From Chiloscyllium plagiosum (taxonomy: Eukaryota), in NCBI RefSeq assembly GCF_004010195.1, contig NC_057718.1:72921642-72966777 (forward strand): DNA of 45,136 nucleotides. The letters are read 5' to 3'. This document shows, piece after piece, positions 1 through 12,000 of this stretch. The notes beneath the pieces were generated by a model. It saw only the letters and a list, made by a program, of their open reading frames with translations, was not told the DNA's origin and did no database searches. Position 1 is the first letter of the stretch. The number at the start of each line of letters is the position of its first letter. Position numbers and translations under genes: made by a program.

Positions 1-257
1 AGAGAACAGCCAGGGAATTTCTAGAGGCATGGCACTCATCCACAGATTCAATCAAGAAGCACATCGACCTGGACCCAATATACCGACAACTGCAGTGGAC
101 AGCTGGAACTGACAACTGGAAGCGGCAGATTCAAATGCCGGAGGAAAGATCACAGAAGTGCTTCACAGGAGGCTCCCAAGCACCGAGGATGTCACCTCGA
201 CAGGGGACGAAACGTCTACAACACAAATTCCCAGCTCGGCGAACAGAACCACAACAA
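1..257 (+). mobile_element. 3' end of a Penelope-like element (Penelope/Poseidon type): GIY-YIG C-terminus, hammerhead motif and (ACA)n-like tail
   Basis: Frame +3 reads RTAREFLEAWHSSTDSIKKHIDLDPIY, typical of a PLE endonuclease C-terminus. It is followed by a hammerhead motif and a cacaacaa tail abutting a CR1. Confidence 0.8.
178..221 (+). ncRNA. Minimal type I hammerhead ribozyme motif (PLE-associated), U4->C variant
   Basis: gca-CCGAGGA-t-gtcacct(cgac)aggggac-GAAA-CGTC-tac: stem II hairpin, palindromic ACGT stem III and GUC cleavage triplet. Confidence 0.7.
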
Positions 258-763
258 TGAACACAATATTCCAAGTATAGTAGCCCTTAAACTCGATCCA
301 CCTGCTAATGAAAGCAAATACCTTCTTAACAACCCTATCACCTTGGGTGGCAACTTTGAGGGATCTTTGGACATAGATCCCAAAGATCCCTCTGTTCCTC
401 CACACTGCCGAGAATCCTATCTTTAACCCTGTATTTTGCAATCAAATTTGACCTTCCAAAATGAATCACATCACACTTTTCCAGGTTGAACTCCATCTGC
501 CAGTTCTCAGCCAGCTCTGTATCTTGCCAATGTCCCGTTGCAACCTACAAGAGCCCTCCACACTATCCACAACTCCACCAACTTTCATGTCATTGGCAAA
601 CTTACTGACCCACCCTTCCACTTTCTTATCCAAGTCATTCATAAAAATTACAAAGAGCAGAGAACGCATATCCCTGCAGAACATCACTGGTCAACGAGCT
701 CCAGGCGGAATACTTTCCATATACTACTACATTGTCTTCTATGTGCCAGCTATGTTTGTATCC

Positions 764-888
764 AGGCGAAAGTGAGGACTGGAGATTAGAGTCAAGATTA
801 GAGTGGTGCTGGAAATGTACAGCAGGTCAGGCAGCATCCGAGGAACAGGAAAATCAACATTTCGGGCAGGAGCCCTTCATCAGGAATC
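764..888 (-). mobile_element. 125-bp PLE-terminus-derived insertion with hammerhead motif, flanked by a 9-bp TSD (tttgtatcc at 755-763 and 889-897)
   Basis: Minus strand reads attcCTGATGAAgggc-tcct-gcccGAAAtgttga...ggatgctgcctgacctgctg. It interrupts the CR1 RT and shares its sequence with the 3' end of the Neptune PLE at 18390-18576. Confidence 0.8.
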
Positions 889-2464
889 TTTGTATCCGGA
901 CAGCCAAATTTCCTTGTATCCTTTGCCTCCTGACTTTCTGAATGATCCTTACTAAACGCCTTGCTAAAATCCATGTACACCACATCCACTGCTATACCTT
1001 CATCAATATGTCAAATCCTCAAATAATTCAATAAGGTTTGTGGGGCATGCCTTGCCCCTCTCAAAGCCATGCTGACTATCTCTAATCAAACTATGGTTTT
1101 CCAAGTAATCATAAATCCTGTCTCAGAGTTCTCTCCAATAATTTGCCCACCACAGACTTAAGACTGACTGGTCTGCAATTCCCAGGAATATCCTCCTTTC
1201 CCTTTCTTGAACAAGGGAATAACATTTGCTACCCTCCAATCATCTGGCACTACTCCAGTGGACAGTAAAGATGCAAAGATCATCATGAAAGGCACAGCAA
1301 TCATTTCCCTTGCTTCCTGTATTAACCTACTATCTCGCCAATGAGACTTATCTATCCTAATGATTTTTAAAACTTTCAGCAGATCCTCCTTATCATCAAC
1401 CTGCCCTCACAAACAAGGTCCCTCTCAGTAGTGAATACTGATGCAAAGCATTCATTACCTCCTCCGACTCCAAGCACAAGTTCCCTCCACCATCTCTGAT
1501 TGGCCCTACTCTCACTATGGCTATCTCCTTGTTCCTCACGTATATAGAATGCCTTGGGAATTTCCTTAATCCTACCCACTAAAGCTTTTTCATGCCCCCG
1601 TCTAGTTCCTTAAGTTAAGTCTTCAGTTCTTCCCTTGTTACCTTGTAACTCTCTAGAGCACTGTCTGATCCTTACCTCCTCAACCTTAAGTAAGCTTCCT
1701 TCTTCCTCTTGACTAGATGTTCCACATCCCTTGTCACCCAAGGTTCCTTCATCCTACCGTCCCTTCCTTGCCTCAGTGGGACAAATCTATTCAGCACTAT
1801 CAGCATGTGCTCCCTAAACAACCTGTTATGCATTTTCCTGAGAATATCTGTTCCCAATTTGGTGCCTCAGTTCCTGCCTAATAGCATTGCATTTCCCCCG
1901 CCACCAAATAAATACTTTCCCATACTGTCTGCTCCTATTCTCTCCACGACTATAGTAAAGGTCAGTGAGTTGTGATCACTATCACAGAAATGTTCTCCCA
2001 CAGAGAGATCTGCTACCTAGCCTGGTTTGTTGCCAAGCACCAAATGAAATATTGCCTCCCCTCTAGTGAAGATCTACATATTGAGTCAAGAATTCTTCCT
2101 GGACACACCTGACAAAAACTGCTCTGTCCAAACTATGTGAACTAAGGAGGTTCCAATCAATGTTAGGGAAGTTAAAGTCACCCATGACAACAATCCTGTT
2201 ACTTCTGCACATATCCAAAATCTTCCTCTCAATCTGCTTCTGTCTCTGTTGCTATTGGGAGGTCTATGGAAAACTCCCAAAGTGACTGCTCCTTTCCTGT
2301 TTCTGACTTCCACCCATACTGACTCTGTAGACAAACCCTCCTCGCCGACCTCCTTTTCTGCAGCTGTCCCAGATTAGCAATGCCGCTCCTGTGCCTCTTT
2401 TACCTCCCTCACCCCCCATTCCTTTTGAACCATCTAAACCCTGGAACATGCAACAACCATTCCT

Positions 2465-2556
2465 ACCCTGGAATATCCATGTCTCCATAAGGGGCACATC
2501 ATATTTCCACCCTGTGATATCCATGTCTCCATAAGGGGCACATCATCATATTTCCA
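2465..2556. repeat. 44-bp tandem duplication inside CR1 endonuclease
   Basis: accctg(ga/tg)atatccatgtctccataaggggcacatcat..tttcca occurs twice. Confidence 0.85.
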
Positions 2557-2761
2557 AGTACTGATCCATGCTCTAAGTTCATCTCCCTTATTCCTGATAC
2601 TTCTTGCGTTAAAATAGACACACTTCAACGCATCACACTGACAGCAATTTTGCCCTATCAACCGTCTATCCCTCCTCACAGACTCTCTGATGCTGTATCT
2701 GGCTGTTCACTAGCCACTCCACCCTCAGATTTGTAACTCCGGTTCCCACCCCCCTGCCAAC

Positions 2762-2902
2762 CTAGTTTAAACCCTCCCAAAGAGCTTGAGCTCCCATCCA
2801 GGAAATTGGAGCCCCTCCAGTGTAGTGCAAGCTAGTTTAAACCCTCCCAAAGAGCTTGAGCTCCCATCCAGGAAATTGGAGCCCCTCCAGTTGAAGTGCA
2901 AG
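2762..2902. repeat. 70-bp near-perfect tandem duplication inside CR1 ORF1
   Basis: ctagtttaaaccctcccaaagagcttgagctcccatccaggaaattggagcccctccagt..agtgcaag at 2762-2831 and 2832-2902. Confidence 0.9.
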
Positions 2903-3080
2903 TGTTCCTTGTACAGGTCCCACATCCCCCAATGATCCATCCCTCCTACACCGGCCCTGCAGCCACATATTCATCTGCACTCACTCTCTGTTCCTAATCT
3001 CACTAGCCCGTAGCACCGGTAGCAATCCTGAGATTACTACTCTGCTCGTCCGGCCTTTTAGCTTCCAACCTAACACCCTA

Positions 3081-5760
3081 TGTAATCCCAGTCTACTCAG
3101 TCTCTCCTCATAAGACAACCCCTACAACTCCGGAATTAACCTAGTGAACCTCCTCTGCGCTCCCTTTATAGCCAGTGCATCCTTTCTCAAATAAGATCAA
3201 AACTACATGCAGTACTCCAGGTGTGGCCTCACCAGTACCCTATACAGTTGCATCATAACTCACCAGTTTTTAAACTCAATTGCTTTCGCAATGAAGGACT
3301 AAATTCCATTTGCCTTCTTAATTACCTGTTGTACCTACAGACCAACCTTCTGTGATTCATGCATAAAGACACCAAGGTACCTCTGCACAGCAGCATGCTG
3401 CAATTTATTTTTAACCATTCAAGCAATAGTCCTTTTTACTGTTATTCCTACCAAAGTGGATGACTTCACATTTATTAACAAAGCACTCCATCTACCAGAT
3501 CTTCGCCCACTCACTTAAACTATGTCCCTTTGCAAAGTTTCACAGTGCTCTACACACTAACTCTTTAGGACACACTACAAGTGGTCCTCAACTCCAAATC
3601 ATCTATGTAATTGCAAATAGTGGTGTCCCAACATTGATCATTGAGGCGCATCACTAGTTACTGATTGCCAACGAGAAAAACACTCATTTATCCTATTTTT
3701 TGTTTCCTGTTAATTAACCAATTCTCTAACCATGTTAATATATTGCCTGTAACAACATGCATCTTCATCTTATGCAGCAGCCTTTTGTGTGGTACCTTGT
3801 CAAATGCTTTTCGGAAATCTTAATACATCACATTCCTTGGGTTCCCGTTGTCCCCGTGCTTGTATTGTCTTCATATAATTCCAGTAGATTAGTTAAGTAT
3901 GATCTACCCTTCATGAACCCATGTTGCATCTGCCTAACGGGATAATTTCTAACTGCATGCCTTGCTATTTCTTTCTTGATAACTTTAGTGGGAAAAATGT
4001 TTGGGTCTGTTAAGCTAATCGGTCTATAATTCCCCATTGTTTATCTACCTCTTTTTTTAAAGCAGTGGTGTCACATTTGCTGTTTACCAATCTGCTGGAA
4101 CTGCTCCAGAGTCCAGAATTACTACATGTGCATTTTCCTTTTCTCCCACTAATTCTTATAATACCCTGGGATACATTCCATCTGGGCCAGAAGACTTGTT
4201 TACCATTAGCTCGCCCAACACTACCTCTTTTGTGAAAATGATTGTTTCCAGGTCCTCACCTACCTTCGTCTCGTCAATTACTGGCATGTTATTCACGTCT
4301 TCCACTATAAAGACTAACACAAAGTACCTGTTCAACGCCTTGGCCATTTCTTTATATCCCATTACTAAATCCCCATTGTCATCCTCTAATGGACCAATGT
4401 TTACTTTAGCCACTCTTTTTCATTTTATGAAGGTGTAAGGGGTACTGTACCTTTAAGAGTGTTGAAGGACTTAGCAAGCACAGAGTTCTGGAGAAGTTAC
4501 AATGTAACATTTGGTCCAGCAGCCAACAGTACTATTAGACAAAAAAAAATCAAATTCAACTAGTTTAAATTATGCCCCAAACACCAATCAAGTTTGAATT
4601 CAGTATTTTGACAATATTAACACCAATGAAACGATCCAAAGCTTTAGGGTATAAAACTGGCAAAAATTGAACAGTTGGGAGGAGAACTGCCAAAAGACCA
4701 ACAGATGTAGACTGTAGTAAGAATTCTCTGTGGGGTACCTGTCTGGAGAAGGAGTTTGCACAGGGAAAAAAAAGATCAACATCGACCTGGAGAGCAAATC
4801 TACAGAGGAAAATACCAAGAGAATATTCGACAGCTGGCTGGTTTTGAAATTTGATCTTTTCTATAAATCTTAAATCGGGGAGTTTTATCGGACCAATATT
4901 ATAGAGGGGAAGGTAAAAGGTAGGTTTAGATAAATGAGCTGTAAATAGTTGTTAGTTTATTATTCTGTTAGATTTTTAAAAAATTTAAGTTGCTAATTTT
5001 TGCTTTAAACATTGTCTTTTGTGATAGTTCTTTGCCTCTCGAATTTTAACAGATTACAGCACAGGGTTAAATCATTTCTGTACTGAGATTTAAATTAGGG
5101 TTGGGGAGAGGGTTTCCCCCAAGTCGTAACAATATATTTATAGAAACTTTTGCTTTCTATTTAATTCTCAATCTTACTGTTCTTTATAGCTTTTCTTGTG
5201 GCTTTCTGTTGACCTTTTAAGCTTTCACCATCTTCTAGTTTTCTGCTGATCTTGACCAATCTGTAAGCCTTCTCTTTCCATTTGATAACATCTCTTATTT
5301 CCTTAGACATCCATGGCAGATTACCCCTTTTCCTAGTCTTTCCTTTTCACTGGTATATTCTTCTGTTGAACACTTTGAAAAATTGCTTTTGAAGTCCTCC
5401 AGTTTGTCAACTGTCCCACCACGAAGTCTTTGCTTCCAGTCTACTTTAGCCCTTGTCCTACTGTAGTCTCCTTTGTTTAAGCACAGGACTCTGGTAGTGG
5501 ATTTTATCTTCACACTTTCCATCTGCATTCTACAACCATACTGTGATCACTCCTTCCAAGGTGATCCACAACTATGACATCACTAATTATTCTTGTGTCA
5601 TTATACAGGACCAGATCTAGGAGAGCTTGTTCCCTTGTTGGTTCCATTACATACTGTTCAAGAAAACTATTACAGATATATTCAATGAACTCAAGGCTAC
5701 CCTGACTGACCTGGTTCAACATGCTCAACCAATCTTATTTCAGAGTTTGAAGTAATAGAA
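3081..5760 (-). mobile_element. Second, older CR1 LINE (EN-linker-RT), interrupted by a solo LTR
   Basis: Fragments FLEQYVMEPTREQALLDLVL..HLGRSDHSM, KSSGPDGMYPRVL, GNYRPISLT and QHGFMKGRSYLTNLLE. Confidence 0.85.
4423..5131 (+). mobile_element. Solo LTR related to the Gypsy/Gmr1 LTRs at 32278 and 43761
   Basis: Begins t(t)ttatgaagg and ends gtcgtaACA, with CCAAT/TATAAAA at ~4625-4657. It shares blocks (aaattatgccc..ttgaatt; ttttaacagatta..gagaggg(t)tt..gtaaca) with the other LTRs, and the CR1 resumes on both sides. Confidence 0.7.
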
Positions 5761-5822
5761 AGACTTACTCGGTTAATGACAGGGTCCTAGGGAGTGTTGC
5801 TGAACAGAGAGACCGACAGATG

Positions 5823-6321
5823 NNNNNNNNNNNNNNNNNNNNNNNNNNNNNNNNNNNNNNNNNNNNNNNNNNNNNNNNNNNNNNNNNNNNNNNNNNNNNN
5901 NNNNNNNNNNNNNNNNNNNNNNNNNNNNNNNNNNNNNNNNNNNNNNNNNNNNNNNNNNNNNNNNNNNNNNNNNNNNNNNNNNNNNNNNNNNNNNNNNNNN
6001 NNNNNNNNNNNNNNNNNNNNNNNNNNNNNNNNNNNNNNNNNNNNNNNNNNNNNNNNNNNNNNNNNNNNNNNNNNNNNNNNNNNNNNNNNNNNNNNNNNNN
6101 NNNNNNNNNNNNNNNNNNNNNNNNNNNNNNNNNNNNNNNNNNNNNNNNNNNNNNNNNNNNNNNNNNNNNNNNNNNNNNNNNNNNNNNNNNNNNNNNNNNN
6201 NNNNNNNNNNNNNNNNNNNNNNNNNNNNNNNNNNNNNNNNNNNNNNNNNNNNNNNNNNNNNNNNNNNNNNNNNNNNNNNNNNNNNNNNNNNNNNNNNNNN
6301 NNNNNNNNNNNNNNNNNNNNN
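5823..6321. other. Assembly gap (N run); further gaps at 23796-24589 and 37323-37821
   Basis: Runs of n in the sequence. Confidence 1.
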
Positions 6322-6604
6322 NGAGAGAGAAAAACAGTTAATGTTTCAGGTCAATAACTTTTCATCAGTATGGGAGTGAGCATTTATAGCTTGTGAATTA
6401 TTTGGGTTTAGTACAAATTGTTCTTTTGAGGAAAGTAATTGAAAGTCTTTTTACATGGGCAATTCGGAAATAGCCTCCTTCTACATGCAATTTAACTTGC
6501 TCACTTGTTTCTTTGGTGGTTCGAAATCTGCAATGTTGGCAAATTATTTCTAAATAAAGTGATCTTGCGGGATGCAAGTTTTCTGGAAAACTGAATTGTT
6601 AAGT

Positions 6605-6734
6605 CATGATTTGGAGATGCTAGTGTTGGACTGGGATATACAAAGTTAAAAATCATACAACACCAGGTTATAGTCCAACAGATTTAATTGGAAGCACTAG
6701 CTTTTGGAGCGCTGCTCCTTCATCAGGTGGTTGT
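6605..6734 (-). mobile_element. Short PLE-derived terminus of a different family, with hammerhead motif at 6695-6729
   Basis: Minus strand cac-CTGATGA-AGGAGC(agc)GCTCC-aAAA-GCTA-gtg: stem I cac/gtg, stem II hairpin, palindromic AGCT stem III. G12 is mutated to A. Confidence 0.7.
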
Positions 6735-7118
6735 CGACACATTCTTGTTAACATGAGCAGTAAATGCAAAAAGTTCCAAAATTTAGAATGGAGGAAATAT
6801 GTACTATTGACTTTTTTTAACTATAGGTATTATACTGGCACTGAGCTAGATACATTTAATTCATTTTAGTCAACATGCAGTAAAATATTCCAGATGTAAA
6901 CCTTGCTAAGGAGTGATGAATCTCATCCCGTATGGCTTAGATAACATAGCAATTGCAGAATGGGATAAAACTCTGCCTCCTTTCAATTCCTTGAGTTCAA
7001 TTTTAACCATGCAAAGAAACATCAAATTAAAAGATGAACTTGTTGGCATTTCAAGTTTGGACCATTAGATAAATCAATGCGACAATGGAGGACAATATTA
7101 AAAATATTTTTAAACAGA

Positions 7119-7124
7119 TTTATT
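7119..7124 (-). terminator. Candidate distal polyadenylation signal AATAAA
   Basis: Plus-strand tttatt at the distal end of the U-rich UTR-like block. Confidence 0.35.
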
Positions 7125-7520
7125 TTGTGTTTTATATTAATTTAATAAAACAAAAGCATTTTCAAATTGACATCTAATTTTATATTCTAGTCATCTAAAT
7201 GCCAATTCAAGTTAATACCGTATTGCAGTATTTACAATAATACTGTATTCAAATCTATAAATGAGGACAACTATACAGACTGGTATACAAAAGAAAGGAA
7301 TGTTTCCTCACAATTACAGGCTGTTTTATAATACAAAAGAAATTGTTTTTCCCGATACCATATTGTATGCTTTCAATAATCCTTTGGCAAGGTGCATTGC
7401 ACAGTCGTACACGTCAAGGTGGTCCTGTGGTTTGATGAAATGGTCTGTATGCTGTAACACTGTGCTGGTTGTCAATGAAAACCAAGGTGACCAACTAAAC
7501 AATATTAATTCACACTGCCT

Positions 7521-7728
7521 CAAAAACAAGTTACTGGAAAAAGTCAGTGGATCTGGCAAGTGTAAAGAGAAATCAGAGTTAATGTTTCGGATCAAGTTCT
7601 GAGGAAGGGTCACTCGACCCAAAACGCTAATGATTTCTTTCCACATATGCTGCCAGGCCTATTGAGCTTTTCCAGCAATTTGTTTTTGTTTCTGATTTAC
7701 AGTATTTGCAGTTCTTTTAGCTTTTATT
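7521..7728. mobile_element. PLE-terminus inverted pair (fold-back) with degenerate hammerhead at 7595-7630, inside the putative 3' UTR
   Basis: 7521-7592 is approximately the reverse complement of 7617-7690. The plus strand reads agtt-CTGAGGA-agggtc(actc)gaccc-aAAAcgct. Confidence 0.7.
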
Positions 7729-7868
7729 AAGTCACACTGGCCAGATTAATACTTTGAATTGCTACCAATGATTATTCAGACACTGAATATTGGCGGGTAA
7801 GTTCAGAAGCAAAACAATTAACTTCAAATGTACACACTTCATTTAACAAAGCTCTTGAGCAATAAGAC

Positions 7869-7912
7869 TATATATAATTATACACAGATATATATATACA
7901 CACACACACACA
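7869..7912. repeat. Compound (TA)n(CA)n microsatellite
   Basis: tatatataattatacacagatatatatatacacacacacacaca. Confidence 0.8.
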
Positions 7913-9008
7913 GTAGCACTCAGATGATCAACTGTTCAGATCCCATTGCTTAAACATCTGAGCTTTATAACTGAATTACTTATCTTTTTCTTTTAACAGT
8001 TGTCAGTATATAAATAAACGGACATCTATTCTTCAGTGTTGACTTTACACAAAAAACATTATACCCTAAGCTTTAATGGTCAGGTATTTTTAAGAGTGCC
8101 TTTAAACATTTGAAACCGCATAGTACTAACTGCATAATTGAGAGACAGTACCAACATGATCTTTCATTCCATTATAGGGAAAGTAACACTTGGGGGAAAC
8201 ATCTCTAAATTGGAATTTATTGAAAAGTGATGCTTTCTTCAACAGATGCTTCTTGAAGGCCAATAACCTGGTTACAATAGACCACTGGTTTTGCTAGAAT
8301 TTGTTCTCAAAACTCTCACTGCGAGTTACTTGAGAGGGCTATCCCACAGATTACACACAATGAATTATTTGCAAACATTACATATTTCTTCCTCCTTGCT
8401 CCAAAAACAAATATGACTTCAAATATCGTTTATGCAGTTGTACCAAAAATGGTAGCAAACATTTGCATAATTTATTGAAATAAATAAAAACTATTTGGAT
8501 CTTTGCAAGTTTTTTTTATTATACCTATGCCCAACATTGTAAAGAATGTGTTTATGGGATTAGAAAGGATTTGTAGCAAACGGGTGACAATCTCAAATAT
8601 ATAGATAATGACAATTCAAGCTTTTGCCAGCGTGCTTCAGCAATGCTGATCTACAAAGTCACTAACAGAATGTACAGACCTCCATAACAGTCAATCAAGA
8701 TAACACTACCTCCTCCATATAAAACTGTCTGACATCAGTTTATGACTTTTGTTTTACATAAACAGAGCAACTGTTCTGTGCTACAATTTTGTCCCATAGG
8801 GATTTTGTAGAATATAATGGACATGGCTATTGCCATGTTAGTTTGTGTTTATTTAAAAAAAAAACTTAAAAAAGCTGAACACTTATAAACATGCTTTTGT
8901 TAAAATTTACAAGGCATCCTTTTGGTTTGATTACTGGCAAGGACCAAATGAAAGCAAATTACAGCTTCTAAATTACCCTTACTTCAATATATAGTGGATG
9001 TTACAGAA

Positions 9009-12000
9009 TTATGTACTTTTTACAGCCATTCTTTCTTTTACACTTTTAACCTGGGCCAGCATATTAAAGTCTACTTTTACTCGGCTAAGCACTACTGTAG
9101 GTTGCATACGTTGGAGTTGCTTCTCAGCAAGCTCAACACAATCTGAGTTTGAATTGTCCATTATTATTTTTATGTTCTTAAGTATGTGGAGAGACAATGG
9201 AGATTCAAAATTGGTAGTTCCCATACGTAATCTATCTGCATCTGACTGTTTGGTGCGGTCAACAGGAACCCTTGAATTTCTGTCATCCTTTACAGGATAG
9301 CTTGCTGATGAATTACTCTCATCACTTAACATTACACTCGATGAGACTAAACCATGATCGGCCATTTTCTCAGTGTTAAGAGTACAAGTGTGAGATAGAC
9401 TTTTATCAGATACAGCACTTTTCTTTTGTTTCAGAGCAGATTCTTCAAGGAATTTTAGGAATGAAAATTCAAATCCCATAGGTTTGAATGTACTAAAGTC
9501 AAAAGGTTTGTGGCGGTGAGGCTTGTGAATACATGGGATGTGCTTTGAAGGTGAAGCATCTTTCTCATCGAAAATTTGGATTGTATCTTCCAATAGATTC
9601 TCAGAATTGTCCATTATTGCATTCTTTTTCTTTGTATTCTCAATGTGCTCTTCTGTGTCTGAAAGAGTCAGGTGACTGTTTGATCGTTTTTTACAAGACT
9701 GATGTTTATTTACATTAGTCACTTTACTCTCAGCAATCATCTCTACAGTTTCCTCCTGTTCAGTTTTAATGCAAGCAGAGGTATTCGCAATCAGTTTAGC
9801 ATTAAACAATGGTGAAATTTCATTAGCTGTCTTAAAATAGTTATCACTCTCTATTTGCTTATTTAAAATTTCAGTTTCACTTAGCTTGGCTTGTGGTTGA
9901 ATCATCACTCTACTGACAGCATTTTCTACCAGGCCTCCTTCATGGTTGGTTATATATTTAGTTGCTTCTTTGTCTTGGATGCTAGCATGCTTCCTGCAAG
10001 TTACCAGATGCTTGTGATATTGACTTACAAATGTATTAGAAATTTTGTGATGAATCTTATAATGTTTTACTAGACTGCGTTCACTGGTGACAACTGATGA
10101 ACAATTCTTAAACATACACGGATATTGTTCTTTCACAGACTTGTTACATATATCCAAAGCTTGGGCCTTACTTTTAAAAGTATATTTAGCAACTTTTCTA
10201 GAGCTGCAAGACTTATGACAATCAACTTCTCCGCTTTTCATACTTCTGCTATCTGTAGTAAAACATTCCCTTGATATGGGTTTAGATTTACCATGATTCG
10301 TGATGTCTTCATTTTCTTCAGGGGCAAAATAACTTTTTTCATCAGGGAGATCATCCTGATTGGCTGTTCTTGGAATGTTTTCTTGATCTGTCATGATTCT
10401 TCTTGGTCTCATTAAATGAGACCGATGAAGCTCTCTGTGCTTTGTAAAGATGTGTCTTAAAAGATTAGATCTAGTGGCGTAAGTCCGATCACAGCCTTCA
10501 CAGTCACATTTAAAACAGGTCATGTCCATATCACTTTGCTGACTTTCCACATCTATGCCATGAGCTACCATAAGGTGTTTAATAAAACTCCAGAAAACAG
10601 TGAAAGAAGAAACACAATCAGCTTGGTCACACCGAAACAATTTTCCTTCACTGACAGAGGATACTATTTTTCCCATTTCATCTAAAGTGAGATTGTGAAT
10701 ATCTGAGTAGTGTTTAATTAGGTTTGTGATTCCTTGGAAAATTCTACAACAATCGTTAAGTTGACACTGAAATTCTTTCATTTGGACAGCAGCGTTTTTG
10801 GTGGTTTCTTGTTTGATCTGCAAGTGAAGATGCTGTTGGTCAGACTGGTGCACAGCTTGATAGTGGAGTATTAAGTTTTGCTGAATAGTGAAAGCTGCAG
10901 AACAATCTTTGTGGACACATTTGTACGGTTTGTGAAATCGATTACTGTTACATTCTGTTCTTATTTTAGTAATTGATTTCTTGCACTTCTTTTCTCCTGC
11001 TGACATCTTCATAAACTTCACTGTACTTCCAGCTTTTTTAGCTTGCTTCAAACGTCCCATACATTTTCTTCTTTGTACTGACCTATCTGGTGGATGCAGC
11101 AAGATATCTTTTGGCCTTTCATAGTCTAGGAAGGGATCTTTTGTTCTGACTTCACATACCGAGTCTTCTTGTGATTCAACAGGTGGCAACATACCCTGTA
11201 GCCCTGCTGGCACTGGTGAGGCACCTTGTGACCCAGCTGGCAATAATGAATTATCTGCTGAATCAGATGCTGGTTGAGAGAGACCTTGTGGTTCTAACGG
11301 TAGAATTGGGACATCCTGGAGCCCTGCTGATAGTAATGAGATATTTGCTGGTCCTGATACTAGTTGTGTAATACCTTGTACCTCTGGAAGCAAGGCAGTT
11401 TGTGGTATTGCTGGTAGTGGTGAAACACATTCTTCCACTGTTGGCAGTAAGGACACATCCTGCAGCCCCTCTGATACTGGTGAGACATTTTGGGGATCCA
11501 CCGATTGCAGCAAGACATCCTGTGGCCATGCCAGAAGTGGTGCAACAGCCGGTAGCCCTGCTGTTTGTGCAAGGCTACTGTGTGATTCAACTGTCAACAC
11601 AGAGGCATCTTGAGGATCTGCCAGTAACATTGGGGTATCCTGAGACCCTGCTGCTGGCACCAAGGCATCCTGCTGCACCACTGATTGAGTCAAATCATTT
11701 TGAAGTTGTGCTGGTATTGCTGAGCAATCCTGAAGATCTGCTAACAGCATTGAGCTACTCTGTGACATTGTATGGTTATAAAGAACAGTTTTTGCATTCG
11801 GAGAATTATGTAAATGGAGATTAATTTCTGAATTAATCTCATTATGTCCAGTTACTGGTTCCAATTTATGCAGTTCACTGGATTCATTTTCCTGCAACCC
11901 ATCACTTCTGGGTTGAGAAATGATTGCCTGTGATGATGGTACATTATCTACTGCTTTATGAGGGCCATCTGATTTCCTACAGTATGCTCTTTTAATTCTC

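Larger units (their letters stand above)
258..3080 (-). mobile_element. Degenerate CR1 LINE (ORF1 esterase end, APE endonuclease, RT)
   Basis: Minus-strand fragments YFNARSIRNKGDEL (EN), VWVEVRNRKGAVTLG, DVVYMDFSKAF and FMNDLDKKVEGWVSKFANDMKVGG (RT), with frameshifts. Confidence 0.9.
7100..9008 (-). other. Putative 3' UTR of the ZNF292/RLF gene
   Basis: AT-rich, largely repeat-free sequence after the stop codon. Candidate minus-strand AATAAA signals lie at 8471-8476, 8216-8221 and 7119-7124. The true 3' end is inferred. Confidence 0.5.

Noticed and set aside
5794..6357. Long ORFs spanning N runs (also 23501-24832 and 37187-38241)
   Set aside because: Artefacts of translating assembly gaps.
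11171..11824. Overlapping and antisense ORFs over the coding repeat and elsewhere in the large exon
   Set aside because: Short shadow ORFs with no recognisable motifs, expected from the codon bias of the real frame.
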